Shown here piece by piece: positions 36,199 through 45,438 of a stretch of DNA of 64,000 nucleotides. The stretch lies in IMG/VR virus record IMGVR_UViG_3300021378_000017. One strand, given 5' to 3'. Below the pieces are notes generated by a model, which worked only from the letters and a program-made list of their open reading frames with translations, was not told the DNA's origin and made no database searches. Both the position numbers and the translations under genes were made by a program. How positions within the stretch are numbered: position 1 is the stretch's first letter; each line of letters opens with the position of its first letter. Source of the stretch: an uncultured virus (IMG/VR IMGVR_UViG_3300021378_000017) (Duplodnaviria > Heunggongvirae > Uroviricota > Caudoviricetes).

Positions 36199-37258
36199 CA
36201 TCTTCCTCTGAAAGTACAGTGAAATCTTCGTCCATTGCAATTAATGGCTTCTGGCCAATTTGATAATGACCTTTAACAAATTTCTTAAAATCAGTTCCTT
36301 CAAAAATTGGAGTCCAAAATTCTTTATCAAGAGTATCTTTTTCTCTTACCTTTGGATCTAACAACTCACCTGTTTCTCTATCAACTCTACAGTACCAACC
36401 ATTGCTTGGTTTAGCAACATAATTTCCAGCTAGTGCTACATCAAGTAAGCCACTGTATTCTGAAATACCACCTTCCCATGTTACACTAATTGGAATCTTA
36501 GATTTTTCTTTTACAAACCTTGATTTCTCAACATTAACAACAAAGTCGTATCCTTTAACTTCGGATCCTTTTTTGTTCTGCCTTCTACCAATAATCCAAA
36601 TGTTATCAGCTGAATAGTAAATTCCAGTACCACCTGATACAACTGCTTTAGGAAACAATCCAATTTCTTGGTATGTATGATTAACAGCAAGTAAAGGGAT
36701 GTTCTTCATAGTCAGATAAGGAGTAACCATTCTGAACAATCCCTTTAGTGCTTTAGCTCTTGACATATCAGCAACTGATTTTTCGTTTAATGCATCTTCT
36801 AATTCTTTCTTAGAAGCTAGGTTACCAATAGAATCGATTACGACAATAACTTTATCATCTCTTTCAATCGTATCTAATTGATTAACTAAATCAAACTTTA
36901 GTTGCTCTACGTCTGTGATTGGTGTGTGTAATACCCTTGAAACATCAATTCCAAAGGACTCAAAGTAAGATTGTGGTGAACCAAATTCTGAATCATAAAA
37001 TAGCATGACTGCATCATCGTGTTCTTTCATATATGCTCCAGCCATCAATAATGCAAACGAGGTTTTAAAATGTTTACTTGGACCTGCTAAAACTGTTAGA
37101 CCAGATGATAAACCACCATCGACATCTCCTGAAAGTGCGACGTTTATCATTGGTACACTTGTTGTAACTATATCCTTTTCACCAAAGTATATTGATTTTT
37201 CTAGAGTATCAGTACCTTTAATTCTAGAGTTCTTTTTAAGTTTATCCATTATGCCCAT
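36191..37258 (-). CDS. uvsX: RecA-like recombinase UvsX
   Basis: AGPSKHFKT, FYDSEFG, IDSIGNLASKKE, DMSRAK. Confidence 0.96.
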   Translation of the reverse strand: MGIMDKLKKNSRIKGTDTLEKSIYFGEKDIVTTSVPMINVALSGDVDGGLSSGLTVLAGPSKHFKTSFALLMAGAYMKEHDDAVMLFYDSEFGSPQSYFESFGIDVSRVLHTPITDVEQLKFDLVNQLDTIERDDKVIVVIDSIGNLASKKELEDALNEKSVADMSRAKALKGLFRMVTPYLTMKNIPLLAVNHTYQEIGLFPKAVVSGGTGIYYSADNIWIIGRRQNKKGSEVKGYDFVVNVEKSRFVKEKSKIPISVTWEGGISEYSGLLDVALAGNYVAKPSNGWYCRVDRETGELLDPKVREKDTLDKEFWTPIFEGTDFKKFVKGHYQIGQKPLIAMDEDFTVLSEEDDV

Positions 37259-37518
37259 TATTTTCCTCCTCGACCACGTTCAGGTCTTAATTGCATTGAG
37301 CGTTCTTTTTTGCGCCATCTGGCTAAAGCTTCTGCTTTTTTCCTTTTCTTTTTAGCAGTTGGTTTTTCGTAAAACTCTTTACGTCTTACATCTTGAAGAG
37401 TTCCAGCTCTTTCAACTGCCTTTCTAAATTTTCTAAGAGCAACATCGAATGGCATTTCGGTTGCTGGTCTTTTATCTTTTGGGTGCCTCTTACGAGGTCT
37501 TAAATCTACACTTGGCAT
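37258..37518 (-). CDS. rpsU: Ribosomal protein bS21 homologue
   Basis: [37 protein letters not shown]. Confidence 0.9.
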   Translation of the reverse strand: MPSVDLRPRKRHPKDKRPATEMPFDVALRKFRKAVERAGTLQDVRRKEFYEKPTAKKKRKKAEALARWRKKERSMQLRPERGRGGK

Positions 37519-37543
37519 AGTTCTCCTTGTTAATAATATAGTT

Positions 37544-37572
37544 ATTATACCATACTTTCGGTTGAATGTACA
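37544..37572 (-). promoter_or_regulatory. Early promoter (rpsU-uvsX-41)
   Basis: TGTACA-N17-TATAAT. Confidence 0.75.
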
Positions 37573-38399
37573 TGGTTAAATTGAATGTTTTGTTCTTTTT
37601 CTCTTTCGTCTCTTTCATATTGAGATCTATAATCATTGTTTATCTCAATTGCTTTGGCCAAAAGAGAAAGTTCATTACTGAATTTTGCAAAAGCCAAAGT
37701 ATCTTTAGGAAAACATGCACCGCCGTATCCTTGTTTTCCATCAAATCCTGGAACCTTAGTATGTGAAGGTGCAATTCTATTATCAGCACCAACTGCTTTA
37801 ATAATAGTATTGAAATTGACATCGCCGTTAGTTCTACACAGATCGTAGAGCTGATTAAAGAATGTAATCTTAGTTGCTAGGAATGAATTGATTGTGTATT
37901 TAACCAAAGAAGCTTCTTCATGGTTCATATGATAAGATGGGCATGGTGTACATAAACTATATTTTTCGTAGAATTCTTCTAACCTTTTAGTATTATATAT
38001 GTCTCCACCAAAGATATGAAACTCAGGATTCACAAATTGTTCACATGCAGACTTTTCTGTTAAAAATTCTGGATTATAGACAACATTATTCCAAAATTTA
38101 TATTCAGCTATTACATTTGGTGTAACAGTTGATTTAATAACAATTAGTGTTTCCTTTAAGCATTCATCGAGATTATCCATTACAGATTTTAAAATACTGC
38201 TATTGATATTACCATCGTCGCCCATAGGTGTAGGAACACACACAAAAATTAAATCGGGTTTCCAATCTTTTAATTTGTATTGATCATTATCAGTATGACC
38301 ATAGTTCGGATCTAAGATTTTCTTTTCTACTTGCTGATTACTAAATCCGTAATCAACTGCTTTACCTACAAAACCATGTCCTATAATTGCTAATCTCAT
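37545..38399 (-). CDS. UDP-glucose/GDP-mannose 6-dehydrogenase family (short form)
   Basis: [43 protein letters not shown]. Confidence 0.9.
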   Translation of the reverse strand: MRLAIIGHGFVGKAVDYGFSNQQVEKKILDPNYGHTDNDQYKLKDWKPDLIFVCVPTPMGDDGNINSSILKSVMDNLDECLKETLIVIKSTVTPNVIAEYKFWNNVVYNPEFLTEKSACEQFVNPEFHIFGGDIYNTKRLEEFYEKYSLCTPCPSYHMNHEEASLVKYTINSFLATKITFFNQLYDLCRTNGDVNFNTIIKAVGADNRIAPSHTKVPGFDGKQGYGGACFPKDTLAFAKFSNELSLLAKAIEINNDYRSQYERDEREKEQNIQFNHVHSTESMV

Positions 38400-39193
38400 T
38401 ATATATTACCATCCCAGTTTAAGTCTAATTGTTTCATTGTTTGCGTTTTATAATCATCTTCTAATACATGGTGGTTTGCAACCCAGCCAAATTTAGTTAA
38501 AATTGTTGGATCAGCACATGTATCTTGTCGTTCACCAGTAACTTCTTTTAGTGGTAAATTATTCTCTGGCCAAACTTTATCAGCCATTTCCTTTACTGTA
38601 ACAGGTTTACCATTACCAACATCAATTGCTTTATTATGAACTATCATATCAAAGTATGTTATGCAAATATCTATTGCACTGCATACGTCATCAACATGAG
38701 TCCAATCTCTAGTATGATTAGTTAGGTATGTTAACTTTGGATCTTTTCTTAAAAGCGCATCGTATAGCATATCTTCTCTGCTATCAGGACCATACACAGT
38801 ATGGAATCTTAATCCAATAGAATTTTTAGGTGCTATAGCTTCCATAGCATATTTTGTAGAAGCATAAGGTGATAACCACCATTCATAAACACTTGATGAT
38901 GAAGCATATATGATTGGAACATTAGCTTTTTCGCATGCTTCAAAAATATACTTAGATGCTTCTACATTAGTTTTCCAATATTCTTGTGGAATTTCATGTG
39001 ATCTTCGAACTCCAGCTAAAGCTGCAAGGTGTATCACGAAATCAAAATCGCTTACGATAATACCTTCTGCATTTCTAATGTCTGCAGTGTACTCTACAAT
39101 CTCATATTGATTACCATATTTCTTTGCAAACCTGCTTCCAATAAAACCTTTCCTTGGTCCACTTTTGCTTCCTGTCAATAATATTCTTATCAT
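38399..39193 (-). CDS. NAD-dependent sugar epimerase (UDP-glucuronate 4-epimerase-like)
   Basis: HLAALAGVRRS, YASSSSVY, YASTK, GLRFHTVYGP, RDWTHVDD. Confidence 0.85.
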   Translation of the reverse strand: MIRILLTGSKSGPRKGFIGSRFAKKYGNQYEIVEYTADIRNAEGIIVSDFDFVIHLAALAGVRRSHEIPQEYWKTNVEASKYIFEACEKANVPIIYASSSSVYEWWLSPYASTKYAMEAIAPKNSIGLRFHTVYGPDSREDMLYDALLRKDPKLTYLTNHTRDWTHVDDVCSAIDICITYFDMIVHNKAIDVGNGKPVTVKEMADKVWPENNLPLKEVTGERQDTCADPTILTKFGWVANHHVLEDDYKTQTMKQLDLNWDGNI

Positions 39194-40398
39194 AAAAATG
39201 CCTCTAAACTATTTTCTTCTCTTTTATAATCATAACTTCTATTTAAATTATTTTGGAATAAGTAACTTGTTTCAACACTATCCCTTTTACCTTCTAATAC
39301 TGCTTTAACCTCTATTGCCATATCCCTTGCTGTAGCAAATGGAACGTTTTGGCAGATATGATTATAATTCTTTTCTACATCTAGTACTTCCATATCTAAG
39401 GGTAATCCCATAATAGCTTTACCTTCAGCAACATTTAAGTATCTGTCTTCTACTGGATGTGCAATAACTTTAGGTAAATGTACAACGAATGCTCCAATAT
39501 AATTAATTGGAATAATTGTACCTCTAAGCATGATTCCACCGCCTGATGCAATCTTACCTGCTTTACGTCTAGCCTTTGCAGCTTCTCTTTCAAACTGAGG
39601 ATATTGATCCATCCATTCAGCAAGTTTAAGATGATCATGCCCAAGTTTCATTAACCTAGATTCTACATTAATAGACTTTTCTTCATGTGAATGTCTTTCA
39701 ACAAATTCAGCATGAGTACATTTAGATTCAACCTCAAGTGTGTACTTATAATATGGATCATCTTGCGAAGGTGTTTTTGTATTTAAAACTTGTGTTTGAA
39801 AGTTTGTATCGACACCTTTAATTAGATCTTGAATCATAGGTCTTTCTTTATTATAATAGTTAAACAATGGAATCCTATCGTTAAATTCATCTTTTTTCCA
39901 AAAGAAAAAGAATGTCCTTTTACGATACTGTGGATTTCCATGTTGTAAACTTTTAGTTAAATAAATCGAAAAGTTATATCCATTATCTTGGCCAATCTTA
40001 TAGAGTTTTTCTCTCATAAATTTACCAATCTTTCCAGATAATCCTGGTGCGTTCTCTCCCCATAATACCTTTGGTTTAACTTCTTTTAAAACGTATTCAG
40101 ATGATTTTTCCATCCATTGATTGTTTTCGTTCTGTTCACCATGTGAGTTATGGTAAGTACTTAATCCAGCACATGGACAAACTGAAGAGACAATGTCCAC
40201 ATTTTCCATCTTTTCGGACGTTTCATCTAAAACATGATATGGAATGTCCTTTCCCTGTTCCTTATAATAATTTAAAAGGTGTGTTTCATTAGCCATAAAT
40301 CCAGAATATGTCATTAAATATTCTGGGTCTGTTCCATAAGCATCTGCTGATGCCAAAATTTCACCACCAATTAGTGGTACTATACCTGCGTGTTTCAT
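39190..40398 (-). CDS. Atypical DNA cytosine-C5 methyltransferase-fold protein
   Basis: CPCAG (IV), ENAPG (VI), QYRKRTFF (VIII), RYLNVAE..AIMGLP (IX), CQNVP (X); motif I reads VPLIGG. Confidence 0.75.
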   Translation of the reverse strand: MKHAGIVPLIGGEILASADAYGTDPEYLMTYSGFMANETHLLNYYKEQGKDIPYHVLDETSEKMENVDIVSSVCPCAGLSTYHNSHGEQNENNQWMEKSSEYVLKEVKPKVLWGENAPGLSGKIGKFMREKLYKIGQDNGYNFSIYLTKSLQHGNPQYRKRTFFFFWKKDEFNDRIPLFNYYNKERPMIQDLIKGVDTNFQTQVLNTKTPSQDDPYYKYTLEVESKCTHAEFVERHSHEEKSINVESRLMKLGHDHLKLAEWMDQYPQFEREAAKARRKAGKIASGGGIMLRGTIIPINYIGAFVVHLPKVIAHPVEDRYLNVAEGKAIMGLPLDMEVLDVEKNYNHICQNVPFATARDMAIEVKAVLEGKRDSVETSYLFQNNLNRSYDYKREENSLEAFL

Positions 40399-41228
40399 CC
40401 GAAAAATGTCTCCAAACTTGATTCTTGTTGTTTTTTAATTGCATCTTTATAAGCTTTTGACCAGCTAATATGACAAGTAATTCTGTCTTGTCCTTTCCAT
40501 GGTCCGTTAGCCAATACCTTGCTTTTTAGAGCAACATAATCTGGATAAATTTCAGCTAGTTGCTGATGCACTTTATTACTTAATTCAATTGTTCTATAAT
40601 TTGAACAACCACCTGCTGTGTTAGTCGCTGTTACGCTAACACGATACCTTGTGGTAATCCTATTTGCAAACCCTTGAGTAAGCAATTGAAGATTAGCATC
40701 AAAATCTTGAGAAGTTTCTAACCTATCCCATATAAGATTCCTTGGTAAATTTTTAGAATCAAAATAACAATTAGTCATAATCCTTACATTGTTCTGGTGT
40801 GGCCAATACTTTAGATCTGGTACAACCCACGATGTTGAGAATCCACCATGATAAATCTTTTCTTCTTTTATCCATTTATCGAATGTGGCAAAAGCGTCGT
40901 CAAACTCTTCTTCTGTCATATCCTTGGTTTCCCATTTGGTGTCCATACCTTCAGGTGCTGGGCCTTTGTATTTAAAGTATTCAAAGTCATCGTCTAAAAC
41001 CATGTGCCTTGTTCCATAAAACTCATCCCAAATCCATTGCCGTGTTGGCGATAGCCTAGAAATTTCTTTAGGTAGTTTTACTACAGCATCACCGTATCGC
41101 TCTCTCATAGGAGCGTACTCATGATCTTGAACTATAAACTTTACTAGTTTTTGATACTTTTCTGGTAAGTTATCATAAGTTCTTTGTTTGTCCATCCTAC
41201 CTAATGTAGGTATAATTAAGTGTTCCAT
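40395..41228 (-). CDS. GT-A fold DNA glycosyltransferase (T-even beta-glucosyl-hmC glucosyltransferase / TET-associated GT-like)
   Basis: IIPTLGR, TRQWI, VLDDD, QDFD..LQLL..G, GGCS.YR. Confidence 0.75.
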   Translation of the reverse strand: MEHLIIPTLGRMDKQRTYDNLPEKYQKLVKFIVQDHEYAPMRERYGDAVVKLPKEISRLSPTRQWIWDEFYGTRHMVLDDDFEYFKYKGPAPEGMDTKWETKDMTEEEFDDAFATFDKWIKEEKIYHGGFSTSWVVPDLKYWPHQNNVRIMTNCYFDSKNLPRNLIWDRLETSQDFDANLQLLTQGFANRITTRYRVSVTATNTAGGCSNYRTIELSNKVHQQLAEIYPDYVALKSKVLANGPWKGQDRITCHISWSKAYKDAIKKQQESSLETFFG

Positions 41229-41528
41229 TTATCCTCCGTTCACTAAATGCATTACTAAATTTTTAATTAGTAAAAATAATCCAGCACCATTTAATAAAAT
41301 AAGTGCTCTATCTTTCCATAAGACCGATACTATTAACCATAGAAATATTCCTACGATACTAAGTCCTAAGTCCCATACTTGAAATCCTTCAACGCCTCGT
41401 AAAGACATTGCAGCTAAAACTACGATTGAGGCTATCCATTTTATATACCAATCTAAAGTATACTTTGGTGTTGCCGATTTAAAAATTCTTTTTGAATTAG
41501 CTAATTCTTCTTCGCTATAATCAACCAT
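41229..41528 (-). CDS. Small multi-TM membrane protein
   Basis: DWYIKWIAS...G..LWLIVSVLWKDRALILLN. Confidence 0.6.
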   Translation of the reverse strand: MVDYSEEELANSKRIFKSATPKYTLDWYIKWIASIVVLAAMSLRGVEGFQVWDLGLSIVGIFLWLIVSVLWKDRALILLNGAGLFLLIKNLVMHLVNGG

Positions 41529-41775
41529 CTTTCGAAATTTCTCCTGTGTATTGAAATTCACCCTTGTCATATCGTAGTTTATATTCTTTTACAATCTCGC
41601 CAAGCATGTTCTGTTTATTTTGAACTATAATTTCTGGTGCATTTAATATATGTAATTTACTTAAATCTTTTTGAAAGCTTTCAATATGATTTTCTAAATC
41701 TTCCTTAGAGTAATCTTTAAACTTAGGGTTTCTTCTATTTTTCTTATACAGTAACTGTTCATTAAATGAAGTCAT
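41521..41775 (-). CDS. Hypothetical protein
   Basis: ORF track; overlaps neighbours. Confidence 0.5.
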   Translation of the reverse strand: MTSFNEQLLYKKNRRNPKFKDYSKEDLENHIESFQKDLSKLHILNAPEIIVQNKQNMLGEIVKEYKLRYDKGEFQYTGEISKDG

Positions 41776-42205
41776 ATGTTATACCAACCTCCTTTAATAA
41801 ATCGACTGTGTTAATTGCTGATATCTTCCATTTGTCTGGTACATCTGCAATTGTCTTAGGTGATACTACCCTCTTAACTCCAACTTGAGCTAATCCCTTT
41901 GCACATTCATTACAAACTGGTAAACCCCAAACATACATTGTAGCATTGTTTAGAGATGCTCCAGTAAATGTAGCATTATAGATACAATTCATTTCCGCAT
42001 GAACTACATAGCGGTATTTAACTTCTTTATCGTTATACCTTTCAAGTGAATCATTAACACCTCTAGGAAAACCATTATAGCCTTGTGCTAATACCTGTCC
42101 CATCTCTCCAATTGCTACTGCACCTACTTGGGTACTTGGATCTTTTGACCAAGTTGAAACTTCCCTTGCTAGGTTTAAGTATCTGTTGTCCCATTTATTG
42201 TTCAT
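41762..42205 (-). CDS. cd: dCMP deaminase
   Basis: SKDPSTQVGA, GYNGFPRG, HAEMN, PVCNECAK. Confidence 0.93.
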   Translation of the reverse strand: MNNKWDNRYLNLAREVSTWSKDPSTQVGAVAIGEMGQVLAQGYNGFPRGVNDSLERYNDKEVKYRYVVHAEMNCIYNATFTGASLNNATMYVWGLPVCNECAKGLAQVGVKRVVSPKTIADVPDKWKISAINTVDLLKEVGITYDFI

Positions 42206-42867
42206 TTGTTTACCAATTTAAAATGTCTTTCGTACACATGTAAGTTTTGTACTTGCCAAACAATTTCACCTGGAAATACTTTTAGCATATATGCCATATC
42301 GTCAAGTACTGCTTTTTGCCATGCGTAATCGTTACGATAACCAAAGATAACATCATTAGATCGCATTTGTACAACACAATCGAGTTTACCTTCACGTATA
42401 TAATATGTAACAGAGTTTGTACAGATAAAATCGTTTTTACCATTTTCATTATATTCACACCATATACTTGGTCTTGTATAAATCATTGATGCTCTACGTG
42501 AATCTGGATTTTGTAACAATTCAGATAGTGCCATATCAAATTGTGCACCGTATTTGTCTGAATAAATTAAATGACCATAATTTGAATTGATTTCACCGTG
42601 TTCATTAGCAGTCATTTTCCATGCTCCAGGTGGTTCTCTATCGCTATCTAAATAGATATCATTAATGTTTGTAGATTGGCTGTTATACCAATTTAGTTCT
42701 GCATCAATGTAAGCTTTGTTTGGAACACCAAATATAGCTGGTTCATCAGCATAAAACGAAGCACCAATTAGTTCAATTGTTTTACTACCATTTCTGTCTA
42801 CAGTAAATCTTTCATTACGAAGTTCGTTACGAAAGTAAGTTCTTAGTTGGTCGATTTCAAGATTCAT
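42202..42867 (-). CDS. 42: dCMP hydroxymethylase (T4 gp42 orthologue)
   Basis: KTIELIGASF.ADEP.IFG, GEINSNYG, NPDSRR, DFICTN, MRSNDVIFGYRNDYAWQ with the cytosine-specifying Asp, LHVYERHF. Confidence 0.92.
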   Translation of the reverse strand: MNLEIDQLRTYFRNELRNERFTVDRNGSKTIELIGASFYADEPAIFGVPNKAYIDAELNWYNSQSTNINDIYLDSDREPPGAWKMTANEHGEINSNYGHLIYSDKYGAQFDMALSELLQNPDSRRASMIYTRPSIWCEYNENGKNDFICTNSVTYYIREGKLDCVVQMRSNDVIFGYRNDYAWQKAVLDDMAYMLKVFPGEIVWQVQNLHVYERHFKLVNK

Positions 42868-43195
42868 TTTTGTTCCTATTTAAAAAGTCATTGTCTCCTG
42901 ATTGGCCATCGATACCACCTCGCATATATGCAACCATAAATGAAGCATAGTTAATTAAATCTTTACCAGAGTCTTCTAGTGATTCAAAGTTTGGGAGGTA
43001 GTCGGGATCTGATTCCATAGCTTCTAGAACTGAGAACATTCTGAGAGTTTTAGCATGGATAATATCTAGGATTGAAGCTACACCACGAGGGTAGTAATCT
43101 GCTTGTTTAATCCTAGAGTTTGGATTTTGATAGTCATTACTTTTCTTTGCCTGAAGTTCGGCACATTCTTGTAATACTTTTAGTGATTCTTTCAT
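42857..43195 (-). CDS. Nucleotide-modification-associated domain protein (Nmad1/DUF1599-like)
   Basis: KKSNDY...K..R...ESLEDS..DLINYA; first gene of the modification operon. Confidence 0.65.
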   Translation of the reverse strand: MKESLKVLQECAELQAKKSNDYQNPNSRIKQADYYPRGVASILDIIHAKTLRMFSVLEAMESDPDYLPNFESLEDSGKDLINYASFMVAYMRGGIDGQSGDNDFLNRNKNES

Positions 43196-43221
43196 AATAT
43201 AACCTTTCTGTTTATAGTACT

Positions 43222-43250
43222 ATTATACCATAGTTTTATTCAATTGTACA
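43222..43250 (-). promoter_or_regulatory. Early promoter of the DNA-modification operon
   Basis: TGTACA-N17-TATAAT. Confidence 0.78.
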
Positions 43251-43262
43251 CACTTTTTTTGA

Positions 43263-43682
43263 TTATTTTGGTTGATATATAATACCTTGCTCATTTAGAG
43301 CTTTCTTATTCCACAAGTGTCCTTGTTCAGTGTCATCTTTGGATTGACCAAAATATGGTACTGCATGGAACTCATCGATCATTTGCTGATTAACGCTTAC
43401 TGGATTATCTCCAATAAATAATTCACCAAGGATTCTACCAAACTTACCTTTATCATGTGATACTAATTTAACCTTTTGATCTTTAAGTTTTTCCACAAGA
43501 TGAGCCTTACTTGCTTTACCATAGAACTTTTCTTCTAAATTTCTAGTTCTAGATTCTGGAGTATCAATGCCCATCATACGAACTCTTTGTTTTCTATAAG
43601 ACATACCGAAACCTAAGTCGATATCTACATCAACTGTATCTCCGTCTACTACTCTTGTTACCTTTACACTGTATGTATACAT
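43263..43682 (-). CDS. Thermonuclease (SNase-like)
   Basis: RVVDGDTVD, RVRMMGIDTPE, GKFGRILG. Confidence 0.9.
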   Translation of the reverse strand: MYTYSVKVTRVVDGDTVDVDIDLGFGMSYRKQRVRMMGIDTPESRTRNLEEKFYGKASKAHLVEKLKDQKVKLVSHDKGKFGRILGELFIGDNPVSVNQQMIDEFHAVPYFGQSKDDTEQGHLWNKKALNEQGIIYQPK

Positions 43683-43933
43683 TACACTACTGCCTTGATA
43701 TGTTCCATATCGATTATTGCACCTGCCTTTCCTTCTACATCTACCGGCATAGCTTCAGGCCAAGAAAGATATACTCTATCTCCTTTGGCTACATCAACTA
43801 CATCTGGTCCTACTAAAAGTACTAGTGCGGGTTTAGACCCTTTGGTCGTGTCTGCTGTTAAAATGATACCACCTGCAGTAGTATCTTCCTTTGCTGTCTC
43901 TGTTACTAAGACGTTTGTTCCAATCATTTTCAT
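43682..43933 (-). CDS. groES: GroES-like co-chaperonin
   Basis: TTAGGIIL mobile loop, VGPDV..V.KGDRV; late promoter at 43952-43959. Confidence 0.8.
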   Translation of the reverse strand: MKMIGTNVLVTETAKEDTTAGGIILTADTTKGSKPALVLLVGPDVVDVAKGDRVYLSWPEAMPVDVEGKAGAIIDMEHIKAVV

Positions 43934-43950
43934 AATTATTCTCCTATTAT

Positions 43951-44511
43951 CTATTTATAAAACGTATGATTATTGATTATAACTGTTTGATTTAAAGACT
44001 CAGCCCAATAAGGATATACTGAGTCTGCATGGTAGTGAGTTGCCCCTTCGGTAATATCACCATACTCTCCATTCATAACGGAATCCGCAACCAGTAAAGA
44101 AAACATCCAAGTTGCACTATCAACTGGATCATCTGATTTACCATCACAGAACCAACTGAACTGACACATATGTCTAACTGGAATAAGTGTTCCTTTCCAA
44201 TTTTCTTTCCATTTTGCTTGATACACAACATCACAAATATTATTTGGATAATGTTCGTTCATAACTCTGTTCTGTACTACTTGTGCGACTGCAATTTTAC
44301 CAGCAACTGGTTGATTACCAGCTTCAAAATAAATGTTCTTTGCCATACAGTATTGTGCTTCTTCTAATTCTGGATTTAATTCTATAATATGACCATGCCA
44401 TGTATAGTTATGTTCTTCCGCTTGAACCTTTGAAAAAAAGAAAGCTAGTAATAAAGGTAAACAAATAATACCTGTTATTTTAATAATGTGTTTGTGAAAA
44501 AGTTGTTCCAT
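43951..44511 (-). CDS. SleB/Hydrolase_2 cell wall hydrolase
   Basis: CMAKNIYFEA, VAQVV.NRV, CQFSWFCDG, GATHYHA, H.FY. Confidence 0.9.
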   Translation of the reverse strand: MEQLFHKHIIKITGIICLPLLLAFFFSKVQAEEHNYTWHGHIIELNPELEEAQYCMAKNIYFEAGNQPVAGKIAVAQVVQNRVMNEHYPNNICDVVYQAKWKENWKGTLIPVRHMCQFSWFCDGKSDDPVDSATWMFSLLVADSVMNGEYGDITEGATHYHADSVYPYWAESLNQTVIINNHTFYK

Positions 44512-44520
44512 AATATAATC

Positions 44521-45438
44521 CTATATGTTGTTTTTAAAAATAAATTCAATAGCCCTTTCAGCTTCTTTATGAATTGGTCTTTTTGCGTACCAATTTCCAG
44601 TGTCTGCATCGAGATCTCTAATGATATACTCAATTTCTTTAGATGTTATTGGATAACCCTTAGACATTGCATTACCTGCTATTGAAACCATTATCTGATA
44701 TAGTTTGTAATACCAACCAGCACCTGATAAAGTTTTGTATTCTTCAATTTGTTTTTTGTTTATAAAAGGGCAGTCTTGATATCCTGTCCATGAAAAGTTA
44801 GTGTTATCGAGTTTTGCTTGTCGATGTTGTATAAGACCCCTTTTAATAGCTTCAGGTAACTTATCGAAAAACGATTCATTTGGTACGACGTATCTGTGTT
44901 GTTCCATAAGCTTTGCTGGGTCCATGGTAGATCCATCGTGTGAGAATATGAAATTGTAAGATCCTTTATATTTAGCTGGGACGTAGTACATTCTGCTGAG
45001 GTCTTTTGTTTGGGCATCTGCGATATCTCCTATCTCTTTATTTAATGCGTACCAAAAATGTTTGATTTCATCTTTATTTATAGCTCTTGTTAGTGGAAAT
45101 ACTAAACGAAACTTAGGGTGTTCTTTAGTCGAGCTAGCAGTGGAATAACATACGTATTTGTATCCGCTATATACTTCAGAAATATCATCGATACTTCCAG
45201 TATAATCGTCTACATCTACAATTCCAAAACCACCCCAACTAAGAACATTATCGTTTGCACGAGTTGTCTCCGGTATATAAGTTGCTGGAGATATTAGTGG
45301 TGCTGATTTTTTAGTTGGATATTTAGTACTTTCCGATAACTGATATAACACTTTTTCAAAATCATCAAAGGATTTATATGTAATGCTTTTATCAGTTTTA
45401 TTATCGTATATACTGTTAAATATCGTTAAACTTACCAT
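44521..45438 (-). CDS. Archaeo-eukaryotic primase (AEP/PrimPol)-like protein
   Basis: R.NDNV...IVDVDD, YSTASS, PKFRLVFPL, D.QTKDLSRMYYVP; helical C-terminal domain. Confidence 0.7.
   Translation of the reverse strand: MVSLTIFNSIYDNKTDKSITYKSFDDFEKVLYQLSESTKYPTKKSAPLISPATYIPETTRANDNVLSWGGFGIVDVDDYTGSIDDISEVYSGYKYVCYSTASSTKEHPKFRLVFPLTRAINKDEIKHFWYALNKEIGDIADAQTKDLSRMYYVPAKYKGSYNFIFSHDGSTMDPAKLMEQHRYVVPNESFFDKLPEAIKRGLIQHRQAKLDNTNFSWTGYQDCPFINKKQIEEYKTLSGAGWYYKLYQIMVSIAGNAMSKGYPITSKEIEYIIRDLDADTGNWYAKRPIHKEAERAIEFIFKNNI

Noticed and set aside
38399..38440. QLDL near the epimerase C-terminus as a host beta-clamp motif
   Set aside because: Lacks the terminal aromatic residue; too short to support.
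42202..42867. Second thymidylate synthase (thyA) redundant with thyX
   Set aside because: Has the Asp specificity residue and colinear similarity to T4 gp42, so it is a dCMP-modifying enzyme.
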